Below, piece by piece: positions 28,757 to 37,862 of a stretch of 62,026 nt of DNA. The DNA lies in the UHGV virus genome UHGV-1382945; one strand, given 5' to 3'. The notes beneath the pieces were generated by a model. It was not told the DNA's origin. It was given only the letters and a program-made list of their open reading frames with translations, and ran no database searches. The translations under genes and the position numbers were made by a program. Positions within the stretch are counted from its first letter, which is position 1, and each line of letters opens with the position of its first letter. Source of the stretch: a virus.

Positions 28757-29159
28757 CTAGGTTGCAAGTGAAAGGAGTAAGGCAGACACTGTCGTGTACA
28801 AGAGAGCCAACGCAACTGGTAGGTTGCAGCCTCCGCACAAGGTCCGCTCCACCGAACATGTAGACTTAGGGTGGCTATTGAAGTGTTGGTTAGGTAAACG
28901 CTATGCAAACTTGTGTATCAGAGTGAGGTGTAGAATCCTCGATGGCTGCTGATACTGTGCTCAATGTCGGCACATCAAAAGCAAACTACGGATACACAAC
29001 TTGTGTCTGGGTCGAACACAAAGCTAGTGGATGACGCAAGTAACATGAGTACCGGCTAGCCATGCCGCGAAGTTGTTACTGAATATGGCAGGTAAGATAG
29101 TCTAGCAATGTGCATCATGTCCTTCATAAGATCAACTTACTGACTACAAGGAGCCAGTC

Positions 29160-29567
29160 ATGTTTGATATACTAGGAGAACTCATGGTGTCCAGCCCTGC
29201 AGTGCGACAAGTCTATCTGCATGGTGGTGCACTGGTAGTTGGCGTGGGGCTGTGTGCTTTTACTCGAGCACGCTATAGAGAGTACAAGCATTGCAGGCAT
29301 GTGTTGACGGAGGAACTTAACAAGCTGTACTCGATGGGGATTCTCATGAGAACCTTTGTGTTCACATGTGAAACCAGTTTGGTGATGGCTGATCTCATCG
29401 ACGCTATGGCTACAACTAGGAGTAGATGGTATGTCTTACACCTCGTTGTTAGGTCACTGCGAAGAACCCCCGTAAGAGAGATGCTGCTGGATGCTCTGCA
29501 CGTGAACAAGGTACAACCTCTGACTGGACTAAAGAGAGTCAAGGCCCTGTTCACCTCGGCATTCTAG
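29160..29567 (+). CDS. hypothetical protein, 135 aa
   Basis: ORF after a 400-bp non-coding stretch; RBS AAGGAG. Confidence 0.45.
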   Translation: MFDILGELMVSSPAVRQVYLHGGALVVGVGLCAFTRARYREYKHCRHVLTEELNKLYSMGILMRTFVFTCETSLVMADLIDAMATTRSRWYVLHLVVRSLRRTPVREMLLDALHVNKVQPLTGLKRVKALFTSAF

Positions 29568-29650
29568 CCTCTTGTCTTTAACCTCTACTCGGACTGGGGT
29601 TGGTTGCTCTCTGCTAATCCCAGTCCGTTTACATAACAAGGAGAAAGTTT

Positions 29651-29935
29651 ATGGCTACGTATCATGACAAGCTGGACTACTGGTCTCAGAAAGACCCTTA
29701 TGCTCCCCCTCGATTCCTTCCGAAGAAGTCCCGTCAGCTCACCGAAGAAGAGGTGGAAGAGTGGAAGCTGAAGAACGCAGGCAACTTTCTCACCTGCCTC
29801 AAGTCTGGCACCAGTCTCTTGAAAAGCAACTGTGGCAAACTGCTGATGTGTTATCAGCAAGGGACGTGCAAACGTGTGGATGAAACCAACTTCGACAAGA
29901 ACCTGCAACGAAAGGCATACGACTTCACCATGTAA
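29651..29935 (+). CDS. hypothetical protein, 94 aa
   Basis: RBS AAGGAGAAAG before ATG. Confidence 0.5.
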   Translation: MATYHDKLDYWSQKDPYAPPRFLPKKSRQLTEEEVEEWKLKNAGNFLTCLKSGTSLLKSNCGKLLMCYQQGTCKRVDETNFDKNLQRKAYDFTM

Positions 29936-30014
29936 CAGGGCTGGAGTGTGACAGGTGTAGAGGCAGGGATGGTCCTTGTCTCTTTCCTGTCACACTTTAA
30001 CAAAGGAGTTTCTT

Positions 30015-30164
30015 ATGTTTCGTTTCCTGAAGCCTGTTGTGTATGCCGTCATCGCTGCCGTCGCTGGTTCCTTCGCTTTCAAGGAAGGCAAGCAGGCGCT
30101 GTTCCCGGCCCCGGCTTCCGACCAGACTGTTGATGTCAAGCCGGTGGAGGACAAGAAGGACTAG
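30015..30164 (+). CDS. small membrane protein, 49 aa
   Basis: RBS AAAGGAG; TM segment PVVYAVIAAVAGSFAF. Confidence 0.45.
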   Translation: MFRFLKPVVYAVIAAVAGSFAFKEGKQALFPAPASDQTVDVKPVEDKKD

Positions 30165-30199
30165 TTTCCTTCTTTAACCTTTAACTAGGAGAGGTTGCT

Positions 30200-30604
30200 G
30201 TGAGTGTTGACCAAGACGCCTTAGACATCCTGTGTGAAGTCTTCGATGATAGAGTAGAGGATGTCATGTCAAGTCGTGACAACCTCTCCTATACTCTGTA
30301 TGATGACGATGGCTATCCAATGGGCGCTGTTATCTATGATGTGTACGTGAAGGACGAACCACTGCCCTTTGTGTACGTATCATGGCTTGGGGTGCGCTAC
30401 CGTGGTATCGGCATTGGAGGACGGATACTTAGATACTTGCACCAGCAGTTCCCTAAGTACTGGTTCGTTTTAAGTACACGCAAGGCGAACTTGAACGCCA
30501 TCAGATTCTATCAACACCTCGGGTATGAAATAACTGGAGACTTACCCGGGTGTCCTCACTTCTATCATCTCCAGCGTAAACCTGAAGAGGAGTTCACAAC
30601 ATGA
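30200..30604 (+). CDS. GNAT-family N-acetyltransferase, 134 aa (GTG start)
   Basis: acetyl-CoA binding motif VSWLGVRYRGIGIGGRIL and NLNAIRFYQHLGYEI typical of GNAT fold; RBS AGGAGAGG. Confidence 0.6.
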   Translation: MSVDQDALDILCEVFDDRVEDVMSSRDNLSYTLYDDDGYPMGAVIYDVYVKDEPLPFVYVSWLGVRYRGIGIGGRILRYLHQQFPKYWFVLSTRKANLNAIRFYQHLGYEITGDLPGCPHFYHLQRKPEEEFTT

Positions 30605-31164
30605 GCGGTGATCAGAACAATAACAACCAGAACCAGCAGAAGCAGAAAGGTGGCAATCAGAACAGCCCGAAAGAAGGCATCACCATTGCTACCTCGGTCG
30701 TTCCGTCTCAGCCCTCCTCCGTCGGCCAGCAGGTACAGAGCGCTGTGGTCACCTGCATCGGTGGTGTTGTCGCTGCGATGGCGTGCGCTGGTGTGCAGAA
30801 AGGCTTCGACTGGGTTGTTGGTAAATGGACTGGTCGTAAAATTCGTCCTGTTTTCAACGTGACTCCCACCGGCCCCGCCACGGGTGGCTCCGGCAACATC
30901 ATGCAGGACTTGCATACCGTGGCTGGTACCAATCCTGATGAAGCCAAGCGTGCTATCCAGTCCGTGGCCAAGCGTCTCGGTATGCAGATCGGCCAGCCTG
31001 CCCCTGCTCCTATGACTGTCGACGCTGGTGTGGTAGAGATGACTCCTCCCACTCCGGCCCCTGCTCCTGCTCCCACCGCTGTTGGTGTGGTTCCCAGTGA
31101 AGCCGCTCTCAAGGTGGAGCCCAAGCAGCCCAAACCTCAGCAGGGTAAGGGTGGCAAGAAGTAA
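30601..31164 (+). CDS. hypothetical low-complexity protein (N/Q-rich N-terminus, PAPAP linker), 187 aa, GC-rich
   Basis: ORF with ATGA overlap to GNAT gene. Confidence 0.5.
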   Translation: MSGDQNNNNQNQQKQKGGNQNSPKEGITIATSVVPSQPSSVGQQVQSAVVTCIGGVVAAMACAGVQKGFDWVVGKWTGRKIRPVFNVTPTGPATGGSGNIMQDLHTVAGTNPDEAKRAIQSVAKRLGMQIGQPAPAPMTVDAGVVEMTPPTPAPAPAPTAVGVVPSEAALKVEPKQPKPQQGKGGKK

Positions 31165-31291
31165 TGTGGCGCGTACTCAAGCATGTGTGTGTGTTAGCTT
31201 CCTGACCTTCGGTGCCGCTGGCCTGTACATGTATGCTGGCGTAAGATCGTTGGACACGATGATGTTTGGAAAGAAGGAAGGTGACAAATGA
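31164..31291 (+). CDS. small hydrophobic peptide, 42 aa
   Basis: TAATG overlap; TM-like LASLTFGAAGLYMYAGV. Confidence 0.3.
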
Positions 31292-31402
31292 TTACCCGCA
31301 TTGCCGGGTTCATTTTCTATGCTTTGATGGCCGGCCTGTGCGCCATCACCACCGTTGGTTATGCCAACGATGCAGTTAAGGCCCTTGACAAAAAGAACTA
31401 AC
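31289..31402 (+). CDS. small hydrophobic peptide, 37 aa
   Basis: ATGA overlap; MITRIAGFIFYALMAGLCAITTVGYA. Confidence 0.3.
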
Positions 31403-31602
31403 CTCTAGCACATAGCAGGACTCATACGTACTAGGTGCGACTAGTCGCGTAACGGGGTCTTGTGTAGGGATAGCACCTCCACATAAGGTTGTCTTGTGTG
31501 GGTTGTGTGAGTCCTGCTATGCAACTAGGGATTAGATCAACGTGCTATTCTCCTAGCGTTGCCACGTAGTACAGTCATGTTTACCAAGTTTAGCGTATAC
31601 TT

Positions 31603-32097
31603 GTGACCATGATGGTTGGTACTCATCACGTTTCAACTCACGAGGTTTTTCTTATGTGCAACTACACTTCCTGCTTCTGCTCCGCTGCCCCTCGCATTGC
31701 CATGCCCGCCCCTGTTCGTCCTTCTGTTAAGCGTGGAGCTCTGCTCCGTGCTGTCAGCGGTGAAAAGGTCGGTGACATGTACATGCTGGTTCGTGAAGCG
31801 ACTGGTGTGTATGCTAAGGATGCTGCTGGTAGTCGTATCGGTTCTGCCAAGAACCTCTTCAACCTCATCAACCTGACGAATGAAGGCAAGGCTCGTGTGT
31901 CTCGGCCTGAACGCAAGCTGATTTGGGGACATGAGGAAGTACCGATGGATGTACTCGAGCAGCACTTTGGTTTCCAGATGGTTCCTGTTGCTGACAACAT
32001 CAGCAAGATTGAGCCCACTCTTCGTAACGTGTGCGTGAATCTTCACGCTGCCAAGGTTCGCGAAGAGCTGGCTGAAAGGACTCTCCGTCTGTTCTAA
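31603..32097 (+). CDS. hypothetical protein, up to 164 aa (start uncertain, possibly 31654), GC-rich
   Basis: ORF after structured intergenic region. Confidence 0.45.
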   Translation: MTMMVGTHHVSTHEVFLMCNYTSCFCSAAPRIAMPAPVRPSVKRGALLRAVSGEKVGDMYMLVREATGVYAKDAAGSRIGSAKNLFNLINLTNEGKARVSRPERKLIWGHEEVPMDVLEQHFGFQMVPVADNISKIEPTLRNVCVNLHAAKVREELAERTLRLF

Positions 32098-32208
32098 CCT
32101 TTAATCTTACCAGTCCATGCGTACTCTCTGAGAAAGCCACGACCCCTACGGGAGGGTCACTGCCCAAAGGACATAGTGCGCATGGGCTGGCCTCTTTGGA
32201 GGTTTTAT

Positions 32209-33735
32209 ATGTCCATTGATCTGAACAAGCAATGGCCATCTCTGTTGTCTTATTACGTAGGTATTCCTGCTGATGGCACTAGCACTTACATCGAGAACAT
32301 CTACAAGCTGAGCAAGCAGAACAAGGCTAAGCTGGCTGCTAAGCTCGGGCTGCCTGACACGCTGACTGTTGAGGAAGAGGTTTTGGTTGATTTGAGTGAG
32401 AGGTTTGCGTTCTCATACAAGATTGCGTGTGCGGTGATGCCCGAAGACAAGAAGCCTACGTTTGATGAGTTCATCACGAATAGAACGGCTAACCAGATGA
32501 AGTTGTCCAAACGTATCTTGTCTTATGCCAAGACCAACAGTGGTGTGACTACAAAGATTCTCCTCAGTGGTTTGCATTCCACTACCTTCCGCATGAAGCT
32601 GAGTAAAGAGCTGCCAAAGGTTCCTAATGCCGGAGCGTTTGTTAAGAATACTGACTTAGCTGAAGATGCTTTGAGCATTCAGGACTACGACTACTATGCT
32701 GCCATCATTCAGAACATCTATTCTGAAATTGCGTCGATTAAGAAAGCGACTTACGGTTTCAGCATGGACATGTTCACGATGCTGTCGGCAGGCAGTAGCA
32801 ACAGTTTCTCGTCATGCTTTACGGTTGGAAGATTCAACAGCAAGGGTCCGCTTGATATAGCCCTCAGTCCCTTGACTGGTGTAATCTACAACCGACAAGG
32901 AAATAATGTCACCGGTAGAGCTTGGGTTGTTTTTGATAAAGACTTCAATAAGTTTGTTGTCATGAAGTCTTATGGGTTTATTGACGATGACATTATCAAG
33001 AAGGTGTGTAGTTGGTTGTGTGCTCTGCTCGATGACAAGGCAGACTGGTCATACATCAACGGGAACAATGAAGACGTTTATCTTTCCCTCGACTACAAGC
33101 CAGCAGGATGGTATCTCGACCCCATTCGTATGTTCTTTTTCTCGTCTACGTCTGACAAGACAAGGAACATTGATGTACACGGGTGCGTAGAAGCACCTTG
33201 TTTGTTGTGTGGTAAGCATCACACTAGATCGACACTCCTTTGCAGTGAATGCGAAGAAACAAAGCTGACTACCTGCAAACGGTGTAACAAGTTGATGCTT
33301 AAGACAGACAGAAACAAGATGTATCCTTTGTGCGATAACTGCGTTGAGAAGGTTACGTTCTGTCCTGTTTGCGGTGCACAGATGAAGGAAGGTAAGACCT
33401 GTCCTAAGTGTGCATGGAATAACATGTGCGCTGTCTGTGGAACCAAGTCGGATAAGCCTTTGAAGTGGATTGAAGGTATCCCTGTATGTGATAGCTGCAT
33501 CAGTCTCTTGCACAAGACGACCTGTGAATGTTGTGGTTCCCATGGTTTAATGTATCCTTATCGTGGTCATGCTTTGTGCAATACCTGTTATCAGCAGTTG
33601 TCTTCCCTGCCTTCGGCATCAATCAGCGAAGCACAGGTTCACATAAATCCTGATGTCTTAGAAAGATTTGTTGCCAACAACACTGACCTCAACATCAGCT
33701 GGAATGTCAGCGAAGGAGATAACAATGGGCATTGA
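32209..33735 (+). CDS. large hypothetical protein with C-terminal array of about five CxxC...CxxC zinc ribbons, 508 aa
   Basis: RBS GGAGGT before ATG 32209; C-terminal 200 aa contains 10 CxxC pairs (CLLCG, CSEC, CKRC, CDNC, CPVCG, CPKC, CAVCG, CDSC, CECCG, CNTC). Confidence 0.65.
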   Translation: MSIDLNKQWPSLLSYYVGIPADGTSTYIENIYKLSKQNKAKLAAKLGLPDTLTVEEEVLVDLSERFAFSYKIACAVMPEDKKPTFDEFITNRTANQMKLSKRILSYAKTNSGVTTKILLSGLHSTTFRMKLSKELPKVPNAGAFVKNTDLAEDALSIQDYDYYAAIIQNIYSEIASIKKATYGFSMDMFTMLSAGSSNSFSSCFTVGRFNSKGPLDIALSPLTGVIYNRQGNNVTGRAWVVFDKDFNKFVVMKSYGFIDDDIIKKVCSWLCALLDDKADWSYINGNNEDVYLSLDYKPAGWYLDPIRMFFFSSTSDKTRNIDVHGCVEAPCLLCGKHHTRSTLLCSECEETKLTTCKRCNKLMLKTDRNKMYPLCDNCVEKVTFCPVCGAQMKEGKTCPKCAWNNMCAVCGTKSDKPLKWIEGIPVCDSCISLLHKTTCECCGSHGLMYPYRGHALCNTCYQQLSSLPSASISEAQVHINPDVLERFVANNTDLNISWNVSEGDNNGH

Positions 33736-35275
33736 AAGACTCAAGGCAATCCTTCGCATGACAGATGCGGAGGTAATACAGAACATCGTTGGTACTCTGT
33801 CGAGTTCCGACGCTGGGTACAAAGTACTGACAGACAATGAGAACTTTGTCTTCGGTATTCCTACGACTGATACCATATGTCCTGTACTTTTACAGGCACA
33901 TGTGGACACAAAACGAAATGCCTCGGTGGATGAGCCTCTCATCTTGTGCACCGAGTACGGTGTCCTTACGAATGCCAATGGTATCCTCGGTGGTGATGAC
34001 CGCTGTGGTGTTGCCGGTATTCTGGACATCATTGAACGCCATACCAGTAAGCCATTCGTTCTCTTCACAAACTATGAAGAAACGGGTGGAAGAGGCATGA
34101 AGTATTTCCTCAACACGGGCTATCTCAACAAGTTCGTTGACTATATTTATTGTGTCATTGCTCTTGATAGAAGAGGGCACAATGAATATGTATACTATAG
34201 CCCTACGTTACCGAGCAAGCTGCACTACTTCCTTGCCAAACTCGGTTACTATGAGGCCAGTGGTATTTACTCTGATTGCTGTGACATTTGGAAAGAGCAC
34301 GACATCGCTCATGTCAATCTGTCATGCGGCTATGGTCGGCAGCACACAGCTGATGAGTTTATCTTGGTTGAAAGCTATGTGTCTTCCATCCTTCGTGCTG
34401 ATCGTTTGATGCAGATGATTGACGAACCCTTCCGAGTAAAGGAACGTTTCTCGTACCGAAGCGGATACGGGCATTCGTCTGTCACCTATACTCTTCCCAA
34501 ACCTACTGACAATGCTGGTCAAGGTTCTGCTGCTCTCGAGATAATAGGTAGCGAAGAGCTTGCATCTGATGATGGCCCTGAACATACTGAAGAAACTCAT
34601 ACCTGCTCACCTGTTCACATGCCTCCTGAAGCGGTGTACGCATACTCTGCTGCACCGAAATGCTTTGTGTGTGCACGTGACGACAGGCCGATGGAGTACG
34701 ACACCAAGAACAGTTTCTTCATCTGTGAAACGTGCAAAAGACAAATCATGAAACACTTCGATACGGTGACAGTCCCCAACGCTATGGCGTACTACGACCT
34801 GCTTGAGGAAGTCAGGGCCAAGAGCCGCGAGGCTAACAGGAATTTGAACAAGGCCAAGCTCAAGGCGAAGAGTTCTCTTCCTGTGTGTCCGGGATGCGGT
34901 GACAATCACCATGTCATCTGGTCGAGGAAGGACATAGGATTTGTGTGCACGTCTTGCTTTGAGTATCCTACTACCGATGGATACAACGGTAAGTTCTGGG
35001 TACGAGGAGACAAGAAGTTCTTTGTGAAGACAGTGGATGGTAAGCAAATGGTACTGGTGACAGACATCAAGGGTGAACGTCTTCTGTCAAGTGAAGAGCT
35101 GTCGAAGAGCAGTAAACTTCACCAGTGCGCTGTCTGCCATGAGCCTCACATCTCCTGCTCTTGTGAAACCATAGGCAAGACAAGAAAGGTAAACGTTTAT
35201 GTTTGCCCCTCTTGTAAACAAGAAGCCTTGGACACACTTCTCAACGACAATCTCCCTCCGTGGGACTTGGACTAG
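33725..35275 (+). CDS. putative M20/M28-clan dinuclear-zinc hydrolase domain fused to C-terminal zinc-ribbon array, 516 aa
   Basis: RBS AAGGAGA; N-terminal motifs QAHVDT, GGDDRCGVAGIL, NYEETGGRG, HTADEF match the HxD / D / EE / H metal-ligand pattern of M20/M28/M42 peptidases; C-terminus has 6+ CxxC pairs. Confidence 0.55.
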   Translation: MGIERLKAILRMTDAEVIQNIVGTLSSSDAGYKVLTDNENFVFGIPTTDTICPVLLQAHVDTKRNASVDEPLILCTEYGVLTNANGILGGDDRCGVAGILDIIERHTSKPFVLFTNYEETGGRGMKYFLNTGYLNKFVDYIYCVIALDRRGHNEYVYYSPTLPSKLHYFLAKLGYYEASGIYSDCCDIWKEHDIAHVNLSCGYGRQHTADEFILVESYVSSILRADRLMQMIDEPFRVKERFSYRSGYGHSSVTYTLPKPTDNAGQGSAALEIIGSEELASDDGPEHTEETHTCSPVHMPPEAVYAYSAAPKCFVCARDDRPMEYDTKNSFFICETCKRQIMKHFDTVTVPNAMAYYDLLEEVRAKSREANRNLNKAKLKAKSSLPVCPGCGDNHHVIWSRKDIGFVCTSCFEYPTTDGYNGKFWVRGDKKFFVKTVDGKQMVLVTDIKGERLLSSEELSKSSKLHQCAVCHEPHISCSCETIGKTRKVNVYVCPSCKQEALDTLLNDNLPPWDLD

Positions 35276-35287
35276 GAGGATTACAAC

Positions 35288-35575
35288 ATGATCGTGTCAC
35301 GTCGCCCTGAGGTTTGCAATCCTTCTGTTCCCGGATGTGAACTCAAACTTCCTTTATATACGGAAGAAGAACAGAAGCGTATTGAAAACATGATCGACTT
35401 CCCCGGTGAATACACCGCAGACGATTTTCGTTCTGTGCTTGACCTCTGCTTCAAGCGTAGCACGGAAGCGGAAGCCTTCATCCGTTCCCTTCACGACTAC
35501 ACCCTTCGATTGAAAGGTGTGTGGCATAGGTGGTTGGGTGCTCTTCGCCCTGCTGCTGTTGTTCGGAAACCTTAA
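35288..35575 (+). CDS. hypothetical protein, 95 aa
   Basis: ORF with RBS GGAGGA. Confidence 0.45.
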   Translation: MIVSRRPEVCNPSVPGCELKLPLYTEEEQKRIENMIDFPGEYTADDFRSVLDLCFKRSTEAEAFIRSLHDYTLRLKGVWHRWLGALRPAAVVRKP

Positions 35576-35581
35576 CACGAG

Positions 35582-35926
35582 GTGCTTATGCGTAATCGTA
35601 TCAAGCAGTTCTTTGGCTGGTTGTTCAACGGAATCAAAGCCCTGTGGCAGATTGGTTGGAAGAAGATCATGGACTTCGTCACCAACATAGAAGCTGCCAA
35701 CGAACTACTTGACAAACTGGAAAAGAGTGATTACGTAATCATTCCTGAGAAGATGTCAAGAGTTCGCAAGACAGTTTCCTTTGTGTCCGGATGTTGTCAC
35801 AGTTTCTTTAATAGATTCTTTAAGAGAACTGACAAAGAGTACAAGCTGCTTGACATAGACATCCCTAAGAACTGGATGCGAGGGAAGAGAAGACGTTTAA
35901 GCGACGCTGAGCAGCTTGCTCTCTAG
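35582..35926 (+). CDS. hypothetical protein, 114 aa
   Basis: ORF; amphipathic N-terminus. Confidence 0.45.
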   Translation: MLMRNRIKQFFGWLFNGIKALWQIGWKKIMDFVTNIEAANELLDKLEKSDYVIIPEKMSRVRKTVSFVSGCCHSFFNRFFKRTDKEYKLLDIDIPKNWMRGKRRRLSDAEQLAL

Positions 35927-36177
35927 TGTAGGTTTTAAGCCTCGTTTACTATGAAGATGAACTATGAGTTATCTTTTAACTAAACGTGTCTTAGAATCAA
36001 TCCTCGTGCGTTTAAACGGTATATCCAACCTTAACCGAGGGACGTAGAAATGTAATGCAAACAGAACTTCAACAACAGGTCAGTCGTACTACTTGTCTCT
36101 GACGTAAAGGCAAGACATGAACTCGTGCTTAGAGGCATGGATGTATCAGCTTGTAATCATAACAGAGACGCAAGAGT

Positions 36178-37080
36178 ATGGCTGTCAGGCGAGAGGAGCT
36201 TGAGAAGTTCCTTGATTACAACGCACCTATGGACGTGCCAGTAAGACAAGCCTACTGCCCTTTCTGTGAACCAGACAAGGTAACCAGTCATGGCTTTGTT
36301 GTGACACGTAAGAGGAATGGATTCAGTATGTGGTGTCATAGGTGCCACACTAAATACTGGTATCCGGTTAAAAGCCCATCATCTAGCGCGATCTTAAGTG
36401 AATTGCATCGAAGAGCAGTGGGCAACAAAGACAATGCCAGTGTCGTAACGAAGAAAGTCACTCTCCCGTCAGACTTTACAGCTGATATTCCCGCGTCAGG
36501 TTTGCTGTGGTTACGTACCTACGGCGTCAGTGAGGATGAGATACGCCGTTATCATATTGGGTACAGCCCCAGACTAGATAGGTTAATCCTTCCTGTGTTC
36601 CGGGATGGAGAGCTGGTCTTTTGGCAGGGCCGCAACCTTTCTTCAGACACATCCAGACCTAAGTACATGAACGTGAGATCACAAAGGTCGGATATCGTTC
36701 TGTTTGTAAATAACCAAACATCGAAGGTCGTACTCGTCGAGGATATACTTTCATGCCTCGCAGTAGCTAGAGCTGGTGTGAGTGCCGTTGCTCTACTCGG
36801 AAGCTACGTGAAGATGGACCTTTTGCGTGATGTTCTGGCGGACGCAGATATAGAGTGTATAAAGGTCTGGCTTGACCCAGACAAAAGACAAGAGGCTTGT
36901 AAGTACGCAAAGCAATTGCGTGCGTTTGGTTACAGTGCAAGTCCAGTTGTACTGTCACATCAAGACCCTAAGTGTTATAAACCCGAAGAAGTCCAACGCT
37001 TCATAGGAGGTGCGACATGTTCGGATTCGGAAAGAAAACCTACGATGGCCCCACGTGGAAGGACGTGTCCATCGGTGTGA
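36178..37080 (+). CDS. DNA primase (zinc-binding domain + TOPRIM), 300 aa
   Basis: CPFC...CHRCH zinc finger; TOPRIM-like VVLVEDILSCLAV and WLDPDKRQ (DxD). Confidence 0.75.
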   Translation: MAVRREELEKFLDYNAPMDVPVRQAYCPFCEPDKVTSHGFVVTRKRNGFSMWCHRCHTKYWYPVKSPSSSAILSELHRRAVGNKDNASVVTKKVTLPSDFTADIPASGLLWLRTYGVSEDEIRRYHIGYSPRLDRLILPVFRDGELVFWQGRNLSSDTSRPKYMNVRSQRSDIVLFVNNQTSKVVLVEDILSCLAVARAGVSAVALLGSYVKMDLLRDVLADADIECIKVWLDPDKRQEACKYAKQLRAFGYSASPVVLSHQDPKCYKPEEVQRFIGGATCSDSERKPTMAPRGRTCPSV

Positions 37081-37214
37081 CCATTGGCAAGAAGACCATG
37101 AGCATCTTCGAGATCATTCGTAAGTTGTTCTGGAACGTGATCAACATCATCAGCAACGCCCGTTCTATCTGGCGTACTTTGTGCAAGGCGGTTAAGGAGG
37201 TGTGTCATGCTTAG
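37017..37214 (+). CDS. hypothetical protein, 65 aa
   Basis: strong RBS AGGAGGTG before ATG; overlaps primase 3' end. Confidence 0.5.
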   Translation: MFGFGKKTYDGPTWKDVSIGVTIGKKTMSIFEIIRKLFWNVINIISNARSIWRTLCKAVKEVCHA

Positions 37215-37494
37215 CTTCAACGACAAGACTGTCACTTTTGTGAAGTCTTCCTCTTCCTCTGGGTATGACGTACAGCGTACCCTGTCTCGTAAACGTAACC
37301 AGCTGTCGAACTTCTACGACATGCAACTGGTCGTGTGTGAAGACTGTGAAACTCTCTTCGCTGACAAGCTTAAGGACATGCCCTGTCCTAAGTGTGGTTC
37401 CACTGTTCGCAAGTATCACACGTACACCACTGCGAGCCTCGGCTATCTTGACAACATCAGGATGAAGTCGTTCGACTACGCCATGGCCGCCTAA
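37207..37494 (+). CDS. zinc-ribbon protein, 95 aa
   Basis: strong RBS AAGGAGGTG; CEDC...CPKCG. Confidence 0.55.
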   Translation: MLSFNDKTVTFVKSSSSSGYDVQRTLSRKRNQLSNFYDMQLVVCEDCETLFADKLKDMPCPKCGSTVRKYHTYTTASLGYLDNIRMKSFDYAMAA

Positions 37495-37499
37495 CAAAT

Positions 37500-37862
37500 G
37501 TGCAGACAGGTACTTGACAAGCAGGTATTTGATCTTATACCTATAGTACTATAGGTTACTTAATAGGTAAACCTAATAGATTAACCTTTAGGTTTATTTA
37601 TTATAATACTTAATAAGTTAACTTGACTTAATTTAATTAAGTATTATAATATAATTAAGTTTAGCTTAACTGTTAATTAACCTTACTTAAGTATAATATC
37701 TTAAATAACCTACTTCGTAAGTACTTTAATTAGGTATAATATCCTAAGTCAAAACCTAACTCTTAATTCATAAGTACTATAGGTAACTAATGCCTTGAAC
37801 ATTAAGACTATATTTCTTCTGAATTAGTAGGTTGACCTTAACTCCTGAACAAGCAAGGCACT
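37500..37862. repeat. AT-rich repeat array (TAAGTATAATATC / TAGGTATAATATC / TAGTACTATAGGT units) containing consensus sigma70 promoter TTGACT-16-TATAAT (37623-37650)
   Basis: read directly; about 25% GC, several TATAAT boxes and direct repeats. Confidence 0.8.
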
